A stretch of 43,661 nucleotides of DNA from assembly GCA_002753335.1 (NCBI GenBank), contig PEAD01000026.1, positions 1 through 43,661 of the forward strand, given 5' to 3'. How positions within the stretch are numbered: position 1 is the first letter of the stretch; each line of letters begins with the position of its first letter. Positions 20,817 through 29,314 of this stretch are shown here, one piece after another. Under the pieces are notes generated by a model. The model was not told the origin of the DNA, searched no databases, and saw nothing but the letters and a program-made list of their open reading frames with translations. The translations under genes and the position numbers were made by a program. This DNA is from Nitrospirae bacterium MYbin3 (GTDB taxonomy: Bacteria > Nitrospirota > Thermodesulfovibrionia > Thermodesulfovibrionales > Dissulfurispiraceae).

Positions 20817-22081
20817 TAAATCAAATCGAGCAGTTCGTAGGCTTTTTCGATATTTATTTTCTTCAGCTCTGTGTATTCGTTTATTGCCCCGTTTTTGTCC
20901 CCGATTACGAGAAATGCAACTCCGAGGTTGAACTTTATATCAGGGTTTGAAGAATCTATTCTTGCTGCATACTTGAGCGAGTCAACAGCCATGTTGTAAT
21001 TTCCGAGCAGTAGATAGGCAGAAGCAAGTTTTGTATATGTAGATGCTTCTGCGCGCCTGAACACAATTGCCTTTCGGTATGCTTCGGCGGCTTCGGAGTA
21101 GCGTCCGAGCTTGAAGCAGAGTTTTCCTATCTCTAAATATGACTCAGTGAATGTCGGGTCCAAAAGAACTGTTTTTTTGTGCGCCTCTATGGCCTCATCA
21201 GTTTTTCCTTCTCTTTCGTAGAATTTGGCTAGTGAATAATGCGTGGATGCCCTGTTGTCAATGGTCTGGGGCTCTGCAGAAGGTTTTGGCTTGTCAACGG
21301 TTTTTGTATTTTTTATCTCTGGCCGTGGCAGAACTGCCGGTTTTGATATGGATTGTCTTAAGGGTATTGCTGCTGTATATTCGGGCTCAGGTTGTTTCTT
21401 TATCTCAGGGGATGGAGCTTCATTTTTCTCAATGGAGGCGCCGAGCAGCTTTTTTATCATTCTGCTATAACGCTCATGCTCTTTTGCAACCGATTTTACC
21501 GGAACCACAAAATCGAACAATTTCCCTTCCTGTGTAAATGAAACCGCAACGCCTATGACATGTCCAAGAGAATTAAAAACAGGAGTTCCGTTTGCTGATT
21601 GAGGAACCGCAGCATCCAACTTCATCAGCCCATCGTTGCGCATGCTTTTTATTTTTGAGGCGGCAGCAGGGCTGCTGTTTATAAATATGTACGCTTTTGC
21701 TCCTATCTTTACCGAATCGGTAGAAGATATCCTTGCTGATGAAAGCCTCTCGGCTTTAAATGATATCAGCGCAACATTGTTTCTGCAGCTTCCTGAAAGC
21801 AGCTCTTCGGTATTGTATTCTGAGCCTTCAGAGGTTTTTATCACGAGCGTGTTCAGCATTGATTCATACCACTTTGACACGGTGTTGCAGCTCACCGCAG
21901 CTATTCCTTCAGAATCCACCACAAAACCGGATTCTGTCAGAAGCGGCTTCTGGTTTTTGTCCAAAACAGTGACAGTCAGGACGGTTTTATATTCTGAGGA
22001 CACTGCGGAAGGAATTTCTGCGCTGCTGTGGGTTGAGACAAAAACAATCAAAAGAAAAGCCGCAGTAATTGGAAAACGCAT
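20813..22081 (-). CDS. Exported trypsin-like domain + TPR protein, probably catalytically inactive
   Basis: Signal peptide, SGFVVDSEG and NGTPVFNSLGHVIGV (trypsin-like), with C-terminal TPRs. Confidence 0.7.
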   Translation of the reverse strand: MRFPITAAFLLIVFVSTHSSAEIPSAVSSEYKTVLTVTVLDKNQKPLLTESGFVVDSEGIAAVSCNTVSKWYESMLNTLVIKTSEGSEYNTEELLSGSCRNNVALISFKAERLSSARISSTDSVKIGAKAYIFINSSPAAASKIKSMRNDGLMKLDAAVPQSANGTPVFNSLGHVIGVAVSFTQEGKLFDFVVPVKSVAKEHERYSRMIKKLLGASIEKNEAPSPEIKKQPEPEYTAAIPLRQSISKPAVLPRPEIKNTKTVDKPKPSAEPQTIDNRASTHYSLAKFYEREGKTDEAIEAHKKTVLLDPTFTESYLEIGKLCFKLGRYSEAAEAYRKAIVFRRAEASTYTKLASAYLLLGNYNMAVDSLKYAARIDSSNPDIKFNLGVAFLVIGDKNGAINEYTELKKINIEKAYELLDLIY

Positions 22082-22086
22082 CAGTA

Positions 22087-23496
22087 TCAGATTTGATGCA
22101 GTCTTATTATATTTGTTTTGCCCAAGAATGCCGAACTTGCTACAAATACTATATTGTCGCCTTTCACCACGAGCTTGTCTTTAAGCATCGTGGCCTCTAT
22201 CTGTGCCATAAAGGCTGAGTTGAGCATCTCCACTTTTCCGCGCAACATGAGCTTGGGAATCACTCCCCAATAAAGAACCATTTGACGGAGCGCGGTTTCA
22301 TCAGGGGTGAAAGCGACTATCGGAACATAAGGCTTCAGTTTGCAAAGCAGTTTTGCTGTGAATCCGGAATGGCTGAATACTACAATAGCCTTTGCGTTAA
22401 TGTCTATGGCAGCTTTAACAGCGCCGTCCGCAATGGCTTCCGGAAATATGCTGCCCGGCTGATAGGGAGAATGGATACGATCGATCAGATCCGTCTCGAT
22501 AGACGAAATGATTTTGCGCATCATAGACACAGCCTCCACTGGGTATTTGCCTGCTGCGGTTTCGCCGGAAAGCATCAGCGCATCGGTTCCATCCAGAACA
22601 GCGTTGGCAACATCGGACGCCTCGGCCCTTGTCGGTCTTGTGTGGAGGGTCATGGATTCAAGCATCTGTGTTGCGGTAATCACGAGTTTACCTTTTTTAT
22701 TCGCAAGATCGATCAGCATTTTCTGGATTATAGGCACCTGCTCTGTCGGCATTTCAACACCGAGGTCCCCTCTTGCAACCATTATGCCGTCAACCATGTC
22801 CATTATGGCGTTGATGTTGTCGAGAGCTTCAGGTTTTTCAATTTTGGCTATGATGGGCGGGAGTTTTGCTCCTTTTCTTTTTGCCCAATTTTTTACGATA
22901 GTGATGTCCTCAGGTGTTCTCACAAACGATATGGCAATATAATCAACACCAAGTTTCAGACCTAGCTCAAGGTCTGCCCTGTCCTTTTCTGTGAAGGCAG
23001 CAAGTGTAGTTTTAGTGGTCGGAAAATTCACCCCTTTTCTCGATTTGAGCAGGCCGCCTTCAAGTACCTTTGCCTTCAGGTCCTTGTCTGTTTTACCTGT
23101 GACCGCAAGTTTTATCAGTCCGTCGTCAATGAGTATTTTGTCGCCTTTGCGAACATCTTTTAAAAGGGCGGGATATGTTATATAGAGAGTTGAAGTGTCA
23201 CTCGGTTTTATTCCGGGTTTCAGGTTGATTTCCTGTCCTGTTTTAAGTATAAATTCCTCACCGTTTATAGCGGTTATACGAATTTTTATGCCTTGAAGAT
23301 CCTGAAGTATGGCAATAATCTTGCCAAGCTTCTTGGCCTCTGCACGTATTAAAGACGCCACCTTGCGGTGCATTGCATGTTCTCCGTGAGAAAAATTCAG
23401 GCGGGCTATGTCCATGCCGTTTTTTATAAGGGCATGGATTGTTTTTCTGTTGTTAGATGACGGACCTATTGTGCAGACTATTTTTGCTTTGCTCAT
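22087..23496 (-). CDS. pyk: Pyruvate kinase
   Basis: KIVCTIGP, ARLNFSHG, MVARGDLGVE and ATQMLESM. Confidence 0.97.
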   Translation of the reverse strand: MSKAKIVCTIGPSSNNRKTIHALIKNGMDIARLNFSHGEHAMHRKVASLIRAEAKKLGKIIAILQDLQGIKIRITAINGEEFILKTGQEINLKPGIKPSDTSTLYITYPALLKDVRKGDKILIDDGLIKLAVTGKTDKDLKAKVLEGGLLKSRKGVNFPTTKTTLAAFTEKDRADLELGLKLGVDYIAISFVRTPEDITIVKNWAKRKGAKLPPIIAKIEKPEALDNINAIMDMVDGIMVARGDLGVEMPTEQVPIIQKMLIDLANKKGKLVITATQMLESMTLHTRPTRAEASDVANAVLDGTDALMLSGETAAGKYPVEAVSMMRKIISSIETDLIDRIHSPYQPGSIFPEAIADGAVKAAIDINAKAIVVFSHSGFTAKLLCKLKPYVPIVAFTPDETALRQMVLYWGVIPKLMLRGKVEMLNSAFMAQIEATMLKDKLVVKGDNIVFVASSAFLGKTNIIRLHQI

Positions 23497-23558
23497 AGCG
23501 CCCCCTATCCGAATGGAATGTCTATCGGAAATGATAACATTTTTTATCGAGGGCTGTT

Positions 23559-23927
23559 TTAGGCTATATAGGCCGGAACAGGCTCCTTTTTGACCTGATT
23601 TGTTTTTGTCTGCGAAGACAGAATTGTTTCCAAAACCTTGGCTACCGCATCGGCGCAGGATACGCAGTCATCCGCAGTCTGATGGCAGCGTATGCCTCTA
23701 AGCTCTTTTGTTATTTCCCTGATATCCCCGCCGATTCTGAGGGCGTAGGAGATGAGTCTTCCTATGCTTTCGCTCTGCGCAAAAGCGCAGCCTCCGGCCT
23801 TTCCCATATTGAGGAACACTTCAAACGGCCATTCTTCAACTGTGTTTACGGTAACATAAATGCTTCCGCAGCCTGTTTTCATCTGATAAGTTCTGCCTTC
23901 AACTGCACTGGGTCTCTCTCTTTTCAT
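23559..23927 (-). CDS. Stand-alone TSCPD-domain protein (resembles the C-terminal domain of class II ribonucleotide reductase)
   Basis: RERP...GRT, KTGCGSIYVTVN, GKAGGC, GRLISYALR, LRGIRC and SCADAVA. Confidence 0.82.
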   Translation of the reverse strand: MKRERPSAVEGRTYQMKTGCGSIYVTVNTVEEWPFEVFLNMGKAGGCAFAQSESIGRLISYALRIGGDIREITKELRGIRCHQTADDCVSCADAVAKVLETILSSQTKTNQVKKEPVPAYIA

Positions 23928-23968
23928 TAATAAGCTCCCATCCGATTTTTTTGCTTAGATAATCTAGG

Positions 23969-23985
23969 AGCAAGAAATCTGCCAA
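23969..23985 (-). promoter_or_regulatory. sigma54 (-24/-12) promoter for the TSCPD gene
   Basis: The minus strand reads TTGGCAGATTTCTTGCT, with GG and GC at consensus TGGCAC-N5-TTGC spacing, about 40 bp before the ATG. Confidence 0.7.
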
Positions 23986-24122
23986 AGGTTCATACCGAGT
24001 GTGTCAGACAAATATGCTTTATTATCAAGATGTGCCGGGTGAAGGGTTCTGATTTTTTGAGGAAAAGCTGCATTTATTTGACGCTTAAAGTCATTAATTT
24101 GACTTATTCTCTACACATCGCC

Positions 24123-24151
24123 TTGACAAACATAATGTCGTCTGCTATGTT
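24123..24151 (+). promoter_or_regulatory. sigma70-type promoter for the pilT operon
   Basis: TTGACA-N17-TATGTT with a TG extension. Confidence 0.65.
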
Positions 24152-24200
24152 GAATAGCAATACGTGAGTTGCCGCTAAAAAAATCCGAAGGGAGAACAAA

Positions 24201-25274
24201 ATGGCAAAGATTGATGCTTTTTTCAAGCTCATGAACGAGCAGGGTGCCTCGGACCTTCACATGGTTGCCGGTTCGCAGCCGGTGCTCCGCGTCAGGGGCG
24301 AGATGGAGAGGGTTGAGTACAAAGTCCTAGAAGATGACGAACTTAAGGGAATGCTGTACGAGATAGCTCCGGAAGACAAGGTTAAGACTTTTGAAGAAAC
24401 CGGCGACGTTGACTTTGGATACGAAATACCGGGCCTCGCAAGATACAGAGCAAACTTCTTCCGCCAGAAATACGGCGTGGCCGCGGTTTTCAGAGAAATT
24501 CCGAGCAACGTGCTGACGGCCGAGCAGCTTGGCCTTCCCGATATATGCAAGAAATTTGCGATGCTTCACAAAGGCCTCGTCCTGGTCACAGGCCCTACCG
24601 GCAGCGGTAAGTCAACCACTCTCGCGGCAATTATCGACCACGCGAACAAAAATAGAAAAGACCACATAATAACGGTTGAAGACCCGATAGAATTTGTTCA
24701 TAAAAGCCAGGGCTGCGTAGTTAACCACAGGGAAATAGGCGCGCACACCAGATCGTTCTCGGCCGCATTGAGAGGCGCTCTGCGTGAAGACCCCGACATA
24801 ATACTCGTCGGTGAAATGAGAGACCTCGAAACCATTCAGCTTGCGCTTGAAGCCGCAGCAACGGGCCATCTTGTCTTTGGCACACTGCACACAACAAGCG
24901 CAGCGAAAACGGTTGACAGGGTTATAGACGTTTTTCCCGCAAACCAGCAGGCACAGATAAGGACAACACTGTCAGAAGCCTTAAAAGGAGTTATAGCCCA
25001 GAACCTGTTCAAGAGGATAGATAAAAAAGGCAGATGCTGCGCACTGGAGATACTGGTCTGTACCTACGCGGTCGGCAACCTCATAAGAGAATCCAAAACA
25101 CATCAACTGCCGTCGGCTATGCAGACAGGAAAGAAGCTCGGCATGCAGACTCTCGACGATGCTATCATGGATCTTCTGAAAAAAGGATGGGTAAGCCCTG
25201 AAGAGTCTTACGACAAATGCATAGACAAGAGCAAGTTTGTGCAATTCTTAAAGACGCCGCCGCCCGAATTTTAA
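24201..25274 (+). CDS. pilT: Type IV pilus retraction ATPase PilT
   Basis: ASDLH, GPTGSGKSTT, EDPIE, LREDPD, GEMRD, TLHT and AVGNLIRE. Confidence 0.93.
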   Translation: MAKIDAFFKLMNEQGASDLHMVAGSQPVLRVRGEMERVEYKVLEDDELKGMLYEIAPEDKVKTFEETGDVDFGYEIPGLARYRANFFRQKYGVAAVFREIPSNVLTAEQLGLPDICKKFAMLHKGLVLVTGPTGSGKSTTLAAIIDHANKNRKDHIITVEDPIEFVHKSQGCVVNHREIGAHTRSFSAALRGALREDPDIILVGEMRDLETIQLALEAAATGHLVFGTLHTTSAAKTVDRVIDVFPANQQAQIRTTLSEALKGVIAQNLFKRIDKKGRCCALEILVCTYAVGNLIRESKTHQLPSAMQTGKKLGMQTLDDAIMDLLKKGWVSPEESYDKCIDKSKFVQFLKTPPPEF

Positions 25275-25315
25275 AAACAAATAAGCTAAAACAAAGAGAG
25301 GAGGACTAAAACAAA

Positions 25316-26500
25316 ATGAGAAAAGCGGAACTGGATTACATACTAGGCACGATGCTCGACAGCCACGGCAACGTGTCGGATCTGAACATTACTGTCGGCA
25401 AACCGCCTCAGGTCGAATCGTCCGGACAGCTTGTGCCTGTTACTTTTGACAAGGCATCAATACCGGCACTGACACCGTTTCAAAACGAAATACTGGCTAT
25501 TAACCTGATCAACTCGGACCGCAGACTGACCGAAACCCTTGTCAGTGAAGGCTCCTGCGACAGTTCATACTCTTTGCCGGGAAAGGCAAGGTTCAGGGTG
25601 AATATATTCTCCCAGCGCGGCCAGTATTCGATAATCTTAAGAAAACTCTCTACACAGATACCTACGCTCGCAGACCTTAAAGTTCCTGAGGTGCTTAACG
25701 GCATAGGCGAAGAAAAGAACGGCCTCGTGCTTGTTACCGGAGCAACCGGAAGCGGTAAGTCATCAACTTTGGCTGCGGTGCTGCGCCTGATAAACGAAAA
25801 CAAATCTGTGCATGTCCTGACCCTCGAAGACCCGGTGGAGTTTGCACACCCACATATAAAAGCGACCTTCAACCAGAGAGAGATGGGAATCGATTTCGAC
25901 ACCTTCGCCACAGGGCTGAGAGCCGCACTGCGTCAGGCACCGAAGGTCATTCTCGTTGGTGAAATGAGAGACAGGGAGACGGTCGAGATAGGCATATCCG
26001 CAGCAGAAACAGGACATCTTGTTCTCTCGACCCTGCATACCATAGACGCAGGACAGACCATCAACAGAATTCTCGGTATGTTCGATAAGGACGAGGAAAA
26101 GCAGATGAGAATCCGCCTTGCTGATACAATTCGCTGGGTCGTCAGCCAGAGGCTTCTGCCAAAGGTGGGCGGCGGCCGCGTTGCGGTTATCGAGATTATG
26201 AGAACAAATCTGCGTGTTAAAGACTCCATTCTGAACGGGGAGTCTGAAGGCAAGACCTTCTACGATATCATCGAAAGCGGTGATTCTTACGGAATGCAGA
26301 CCTTTGATAAAGCGATTCTAAAGCTATTTGAAGATGAGGCCATAACCGAAGAAACCGCTATGGCTTACGCTTCGCACAAGCCTGTCGTGGGCAGGGGCAT
26401 AGACATGATAAAGAGCAAGAAGGGCGAAAAAACGACCGATATCGAAGGTTTGAAGATTGATAAGAGCTATGACAAGAAGGTCAAGCTCGGGTCGAGATAA
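25316..26500 (+). CDS. Second PilT/PilU-family retraction ATPase
   Basis: GATGSGKSST, EDPVE, LRQAPK, GEMRD and TLHT. The AIRNLIRE motif is diverged (RVKDSILN). Confidence 0.9.
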   Translation: MRKAELDYILGTMLDSHGNVSDLNITVGKPPQVESSGQLVPVTFDKASIPALTPFQNEILAINLINSDRRLTETLVSEGSCDSSYSLPGKARFRVNIFSQRGQYSIILRKLSTQIPTLADLKVPEVLNGIGEEKNGLVLVTGATGSGKSSTLAAVLRLINENKSVHVLTLEDPVEFAHPHIKATFNQREMGIDFDTFATGLRAALRQAPKVILVGEMRDRETVEIGISAAETGHLVLSTLHTIDAGQTINRILGMFDKDEEKQMRIRLADTIRWVVSQRLLPKVGGGRVAVIEIMRTNLRVKDSILNGESEGKTFYDIIESGDSYGMQTFDKAILKLFEDEAITEETAMAYASHKPVVGRGIDMIKSKKGEKTTDIEGLKIDKSYDKKVKLGSR

Positions 26501-26512
26501 GGAGGCGATCTG

Positions 26513-26989
26513 ATGGCTGAAGAAAAAATTGACGATATACTGAAAGAGTACGACGAAGGGGCTAAGACCGCGCTGATCTGCGAGGACAATCAAGATGCTC
26601 AAAAGACAATATCGGCAGGACTCCGCGAGCTTAAATACGCTGTTGATATAGCTCCAAACGCGGATGAGGCCTTTGATAAGCTAAAATTCAATCATTACGA
26701 TGTGGTTGTGATTAGCGAATCCTTTGCCGGATCAACACCGGACAACAACGAATTTCTGAGCCACGTTCAGAAGATGCCGATGAGCGCCAGACGGACCACA
26801 TTTTTCGCGCTTTTCGGCAAAAATTTTACGACTATGGACAATATGCAGGCGTTTGAGAAAAGCGTGCATGTTGTTGTGAACCAGTCTGACCTAGCCAATT
26901 CAAGAGCGATTCTTAAAAAAGCGATCGCCGCAAACGACCAGTTCTACAAGGTTTACAGGGAGAGCATGGCCAAAATCGGAAAAATGTAA
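26513..26989 (+). CDS. Receiver-like (pseudo-REC) protein in the pilT operon
   Basis: SD AAGGAGG. ALICED...YDVVVISE follows the REC fold pattern but lacks the phosphoacceptor Asp. Confidence 0.6.
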   Translation: MAEEKIDDILKEYDEGAKTALICEDNQDAQKTISAGLRELKYAVDIAPNADEAFDKLKFNHYDVVVISESFAGSTPDNNEFLSHVQKMPMSARRTTFFALFGKNFTTMDNMQAFEKSVHVVVNQSDLANSRAILKKAIAANDQFYKVYRESMAKIGKM

Positions 26990-27002
26990 AAAGCCATTAA
27001 AG

Positions 27003-27031
27003 TACGGGGACAAATTTGATTTGTCCCCGTA
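27003..27031. terminator. Hairpin, probable terminator after the pilT operon
   Basis: Perfect 13-bp inverted repeat TACGGGGACAAAT-ttg-ATTTGTCCCCGTA. Confidence 0.7.
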
Positions 27032-27100
27032 GATTTGATGTTTTATGAATAGGTATTATTTTGGCATGAGTCCCAAAAGAAATCAAAAAACAAAAAACGA

Positions 27101-27129
27101 TTGCCTGATCAGCCATAAGCCTGTATAAT
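27101..27129 (+). promoter_or_regulatory. sigma70 promoter, probably giving a leaderless transcript
   Basis: TTGCCT-N17-TATAAT, 5 nt before ATG 27135, with no SD. Confidence 0.6.
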
Positions 27130-27134
27130 TTTTT

Positions 27135-28703
27135 ATGACCTCGGATGCCGCCAACAACCCCTTATTGCATGCGCTAGAAAAAAGCGAAAAAAAGCTTCAC
27201 GACATAACATCCGCACTCGGCGAAGGCGTTTATGTTCTGAATAAAAAATGTGAGCTTGTATTTATGAATCCTGTGGCCGAAAGGCTCTTGGGATGGACAG
27301 AAGCGGATCTCATAGGCAAGAAGGTTCACAACATCTTTCATTTTCAGAGGGTGGATAAAAAGCCTTTTTCTGAAGATGAGTGTCCGGTTATCAGTGTGAT
27401 GGTGAGCGGACAGGCTTATTTTACAGAAGACGATGTGTTTACGTGTAAGGACGGCACCATTCTGCCGGTATCGTATATTACAACACCGATAATTGAAGAT
27501 GGCGAGATCATGGGATTAGTAACCGCGTTCAGGGATATTACATTAAGCAAAGAAATGGAGCGCGAAATGCTCAGGACGAGAAACCTTGAATCCCTGGGAG
27601 TGCTTGCCGGAGGAATAGCCCACGACTTTAATAATCTGCTTACAGGCATAATGAGTTGTATATCACTCGCTCTGGAATCTATAGGCAAGGATAGCGAACT
27701 TTACGAAATCCTTAAAATGGCTCAGGGCGCATCTATTCAGGCAAGGGATCTGACAAAACAGCTTTTTGCTTTTTCTCAGGGCGGTGACGGAGAGAAAAAA
27801 AGAGTTGCTTTTTCCGAAATTCTGCGAAGTTCCGTCACGTTTGCGATGACCGGATCGAATATAAAACCTGAGTTTGATATGTCCGAAGACCTTTGGCCGG
27901 TGGAAATAGACACGGCACAGATAAACGAAGTGCTGCACAACCTTGCTATAAATGCGAGAGAGGCGATGCCTGAAGGCGGAATTATCAATATAAAGGCAGA
28001 AAATATCTATATTGGATCATCTAGCAAATTGCCGCTAAAAGAAGGCAGATATGTAAAAGCCTCGATTAGAGATAAGGGATCTGGCATATCAAAAGAAAAC
28101 ATGCAGAAGATCTTTGATCCTTATTTTACTACAAAGAAACTCGGCATACAGAAAGGCATGGGTCTAGGACTGGCAATATGCCATACGATTTTAAAAAATC
28201 ACGAGGGCCATATAGCGGTGGAATCTGAGCAGGGGAAAGGATCAACATTTACGATGTATCTGCCTGCTGTTGCCCCGGAAGTCTCCAGCATTGTTTTGCC
28301 GACAAGCGAAACCGCTGCTCCTGCAACAGGTCGTGTGCTTTTAATGGATGACGAAGAAATAATCGGACAGGTTGCGGATATGCTTTTTAAGAGAATGGGA
28401 TATGAAATAGCTTTTGTTCGAGACGGGAAAGAGGCTATTTCTGAATACAAAAAGGCTAAAGAATCGGGTCGGCCTTTTGATATGGTGATACTGGATATTA
28501 CCATTCCCGGTGGTATGGGCGGGGAGGAGACGATTGGACAATTGATTAAATTCGATCCCGGAGTTAAGGCGGTGGTTTCTAGCGGCTATTTTTATAATCC
28601 GGTTATGGTGGATTATAAAAAGTATGGTTTTACAGCTGTTCTGCACAAACCCTATCAAGCAAAGGAGATTGGGGATCTTATTAAAGATGTATTAAGTGGT
28701 TAG
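27135..28703 (+). CDS. Cytoplasmic hybrid histidine kinase PAS-HisKA-HATPase-REC
   Basis: LAGGIAHDFNNLL, NAREAMPEGG, FDPYFTTK, GMGLGL and REC motifs LLMDDE...ILDI. Confidence 0.92.
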   Translation: MTSDAANNPLLHALEKSEKKLHDITSALGEGVYVLNKKCELVFMNPVAERLLGWTEADLIGKKVHNIFHFQRVDKKPFSEDECPVISVMVSGQAYFTEDDVFTCKDGTILPVSYITTPIIEDGEIMGLVTAFRDITLSKEMEREMLRTRNLESLGVLAGGIAHDFNNLLTGIMSCISLALESIGKDSELYEILKMAQGASIQARDLTKQLFAFSQGGDGEKKRVAFSEILRSSVTFAMTGSNIKPEFDMSEDLWPVEIDTAQINEVLHNLAINAREAMPEGGIINIKAENIYIGSSSKLPLKEGRYVKASIRDKGSGISKENMQKIFDPYFTTKKLGIQKGMGLGLAICHTILKNHEGHIAVESEQGKGSTFTMYLPAVAPEVSSIVLPTSETAAPATGRVLLMDDEEIIGQVADMLFKRMGYEIAFVRDGKEAISEYKKAKESGRPFDMVILDITIPGGMGGEETIGQLIKFDPGVKAVVSSGYFYNPVMVDYKKYGFTAVLHKPYQAKEIGDLIKDVLSG

Positions 28704-28705
28704 GT

Positions 28706-29221
28706 TTATATAGAGGGGCTGCCGAGATTCTGTCCAACATAGAGCTCTCTTAGCAAAACAAGCATTCCTTGAGGAAGTTTTTCTTTTAAAGGATTTACCA
28801 GCGCATCGCGCAGCGAGCAGCTTTCTATAACATTTATTCCGGCGAAATGAGAGTCCAATTTAACCCTCGCGTTTTCGCAAACAACAAAGGGGGTTATAGC
28901 AGCATCTACCCCAATGCGCTCCCTGATGGTTGATTTAAGCCAGAATAGATCCTGCAGTGATTTTCGGATTATGCTTGAGCAGATTTTTCTTTTCATCAAC
29001 AGGTTTTTGCCGTCGCAGGTGACATCGCCTTTGCCGTGCAGAAGGTTTAACATGAATATTCCATGCCCTCTTCCGAAAACCACATAATCTATGCTGTTTT
29101 GGTTGTAGAGCATGTCCTTGAACACCTCAAAGTCTTCTGGCAGAGAAGCAATTACAGAAGAGACGGTTGTGGATTGTTTCTTATTCCTGTTCAGGATTTT
29201 TTTGATTAGGTCGATCGGCAT
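28706..29221 (-). CDS. NERD-domain-like protein, degenerate
   Basis: SLPEDFEVFKD...IDYVVFG..GIFML resembles NERD. ATG 29221 is preferred because of the promoter position. Confidence 0.55.
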   Translation of the reverse strand: MPIDLIKKILNRNKKQSTTVSSVIASLPEDFEVFKDMLYNQNSIDYVVFGRGHGIFMLNLLHGKGDVTCDGKNLLMKRKICSSIIRKSLQDLFWLKSTIRERIGVDAAITPFVVCENARVKLDSHFAGINVIESCSLRDALVNPLKEKLPQGMLVLLRELYVGQNLGSPSI

Positions 29222-29228
29222 GGCTTTT

Positions 29229-29257
29229 AGACTAAAGGCCAAGAGTTTTTAAGTCAA
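29229..29257 (-). promoter_or_regulatory. sigma70 promoter, probably giving a leaderless transcript
   Basis: TTGACT-N17-TAGTCT, 7 nt before ATG 29221. Confidence 0.55.
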
Positions 29258-29314
29258 GGTTTCTCGAATGCCTTGTGAATGTATTCAAACTCTCAGCATA
29301 GCTGTTTGTATGAA

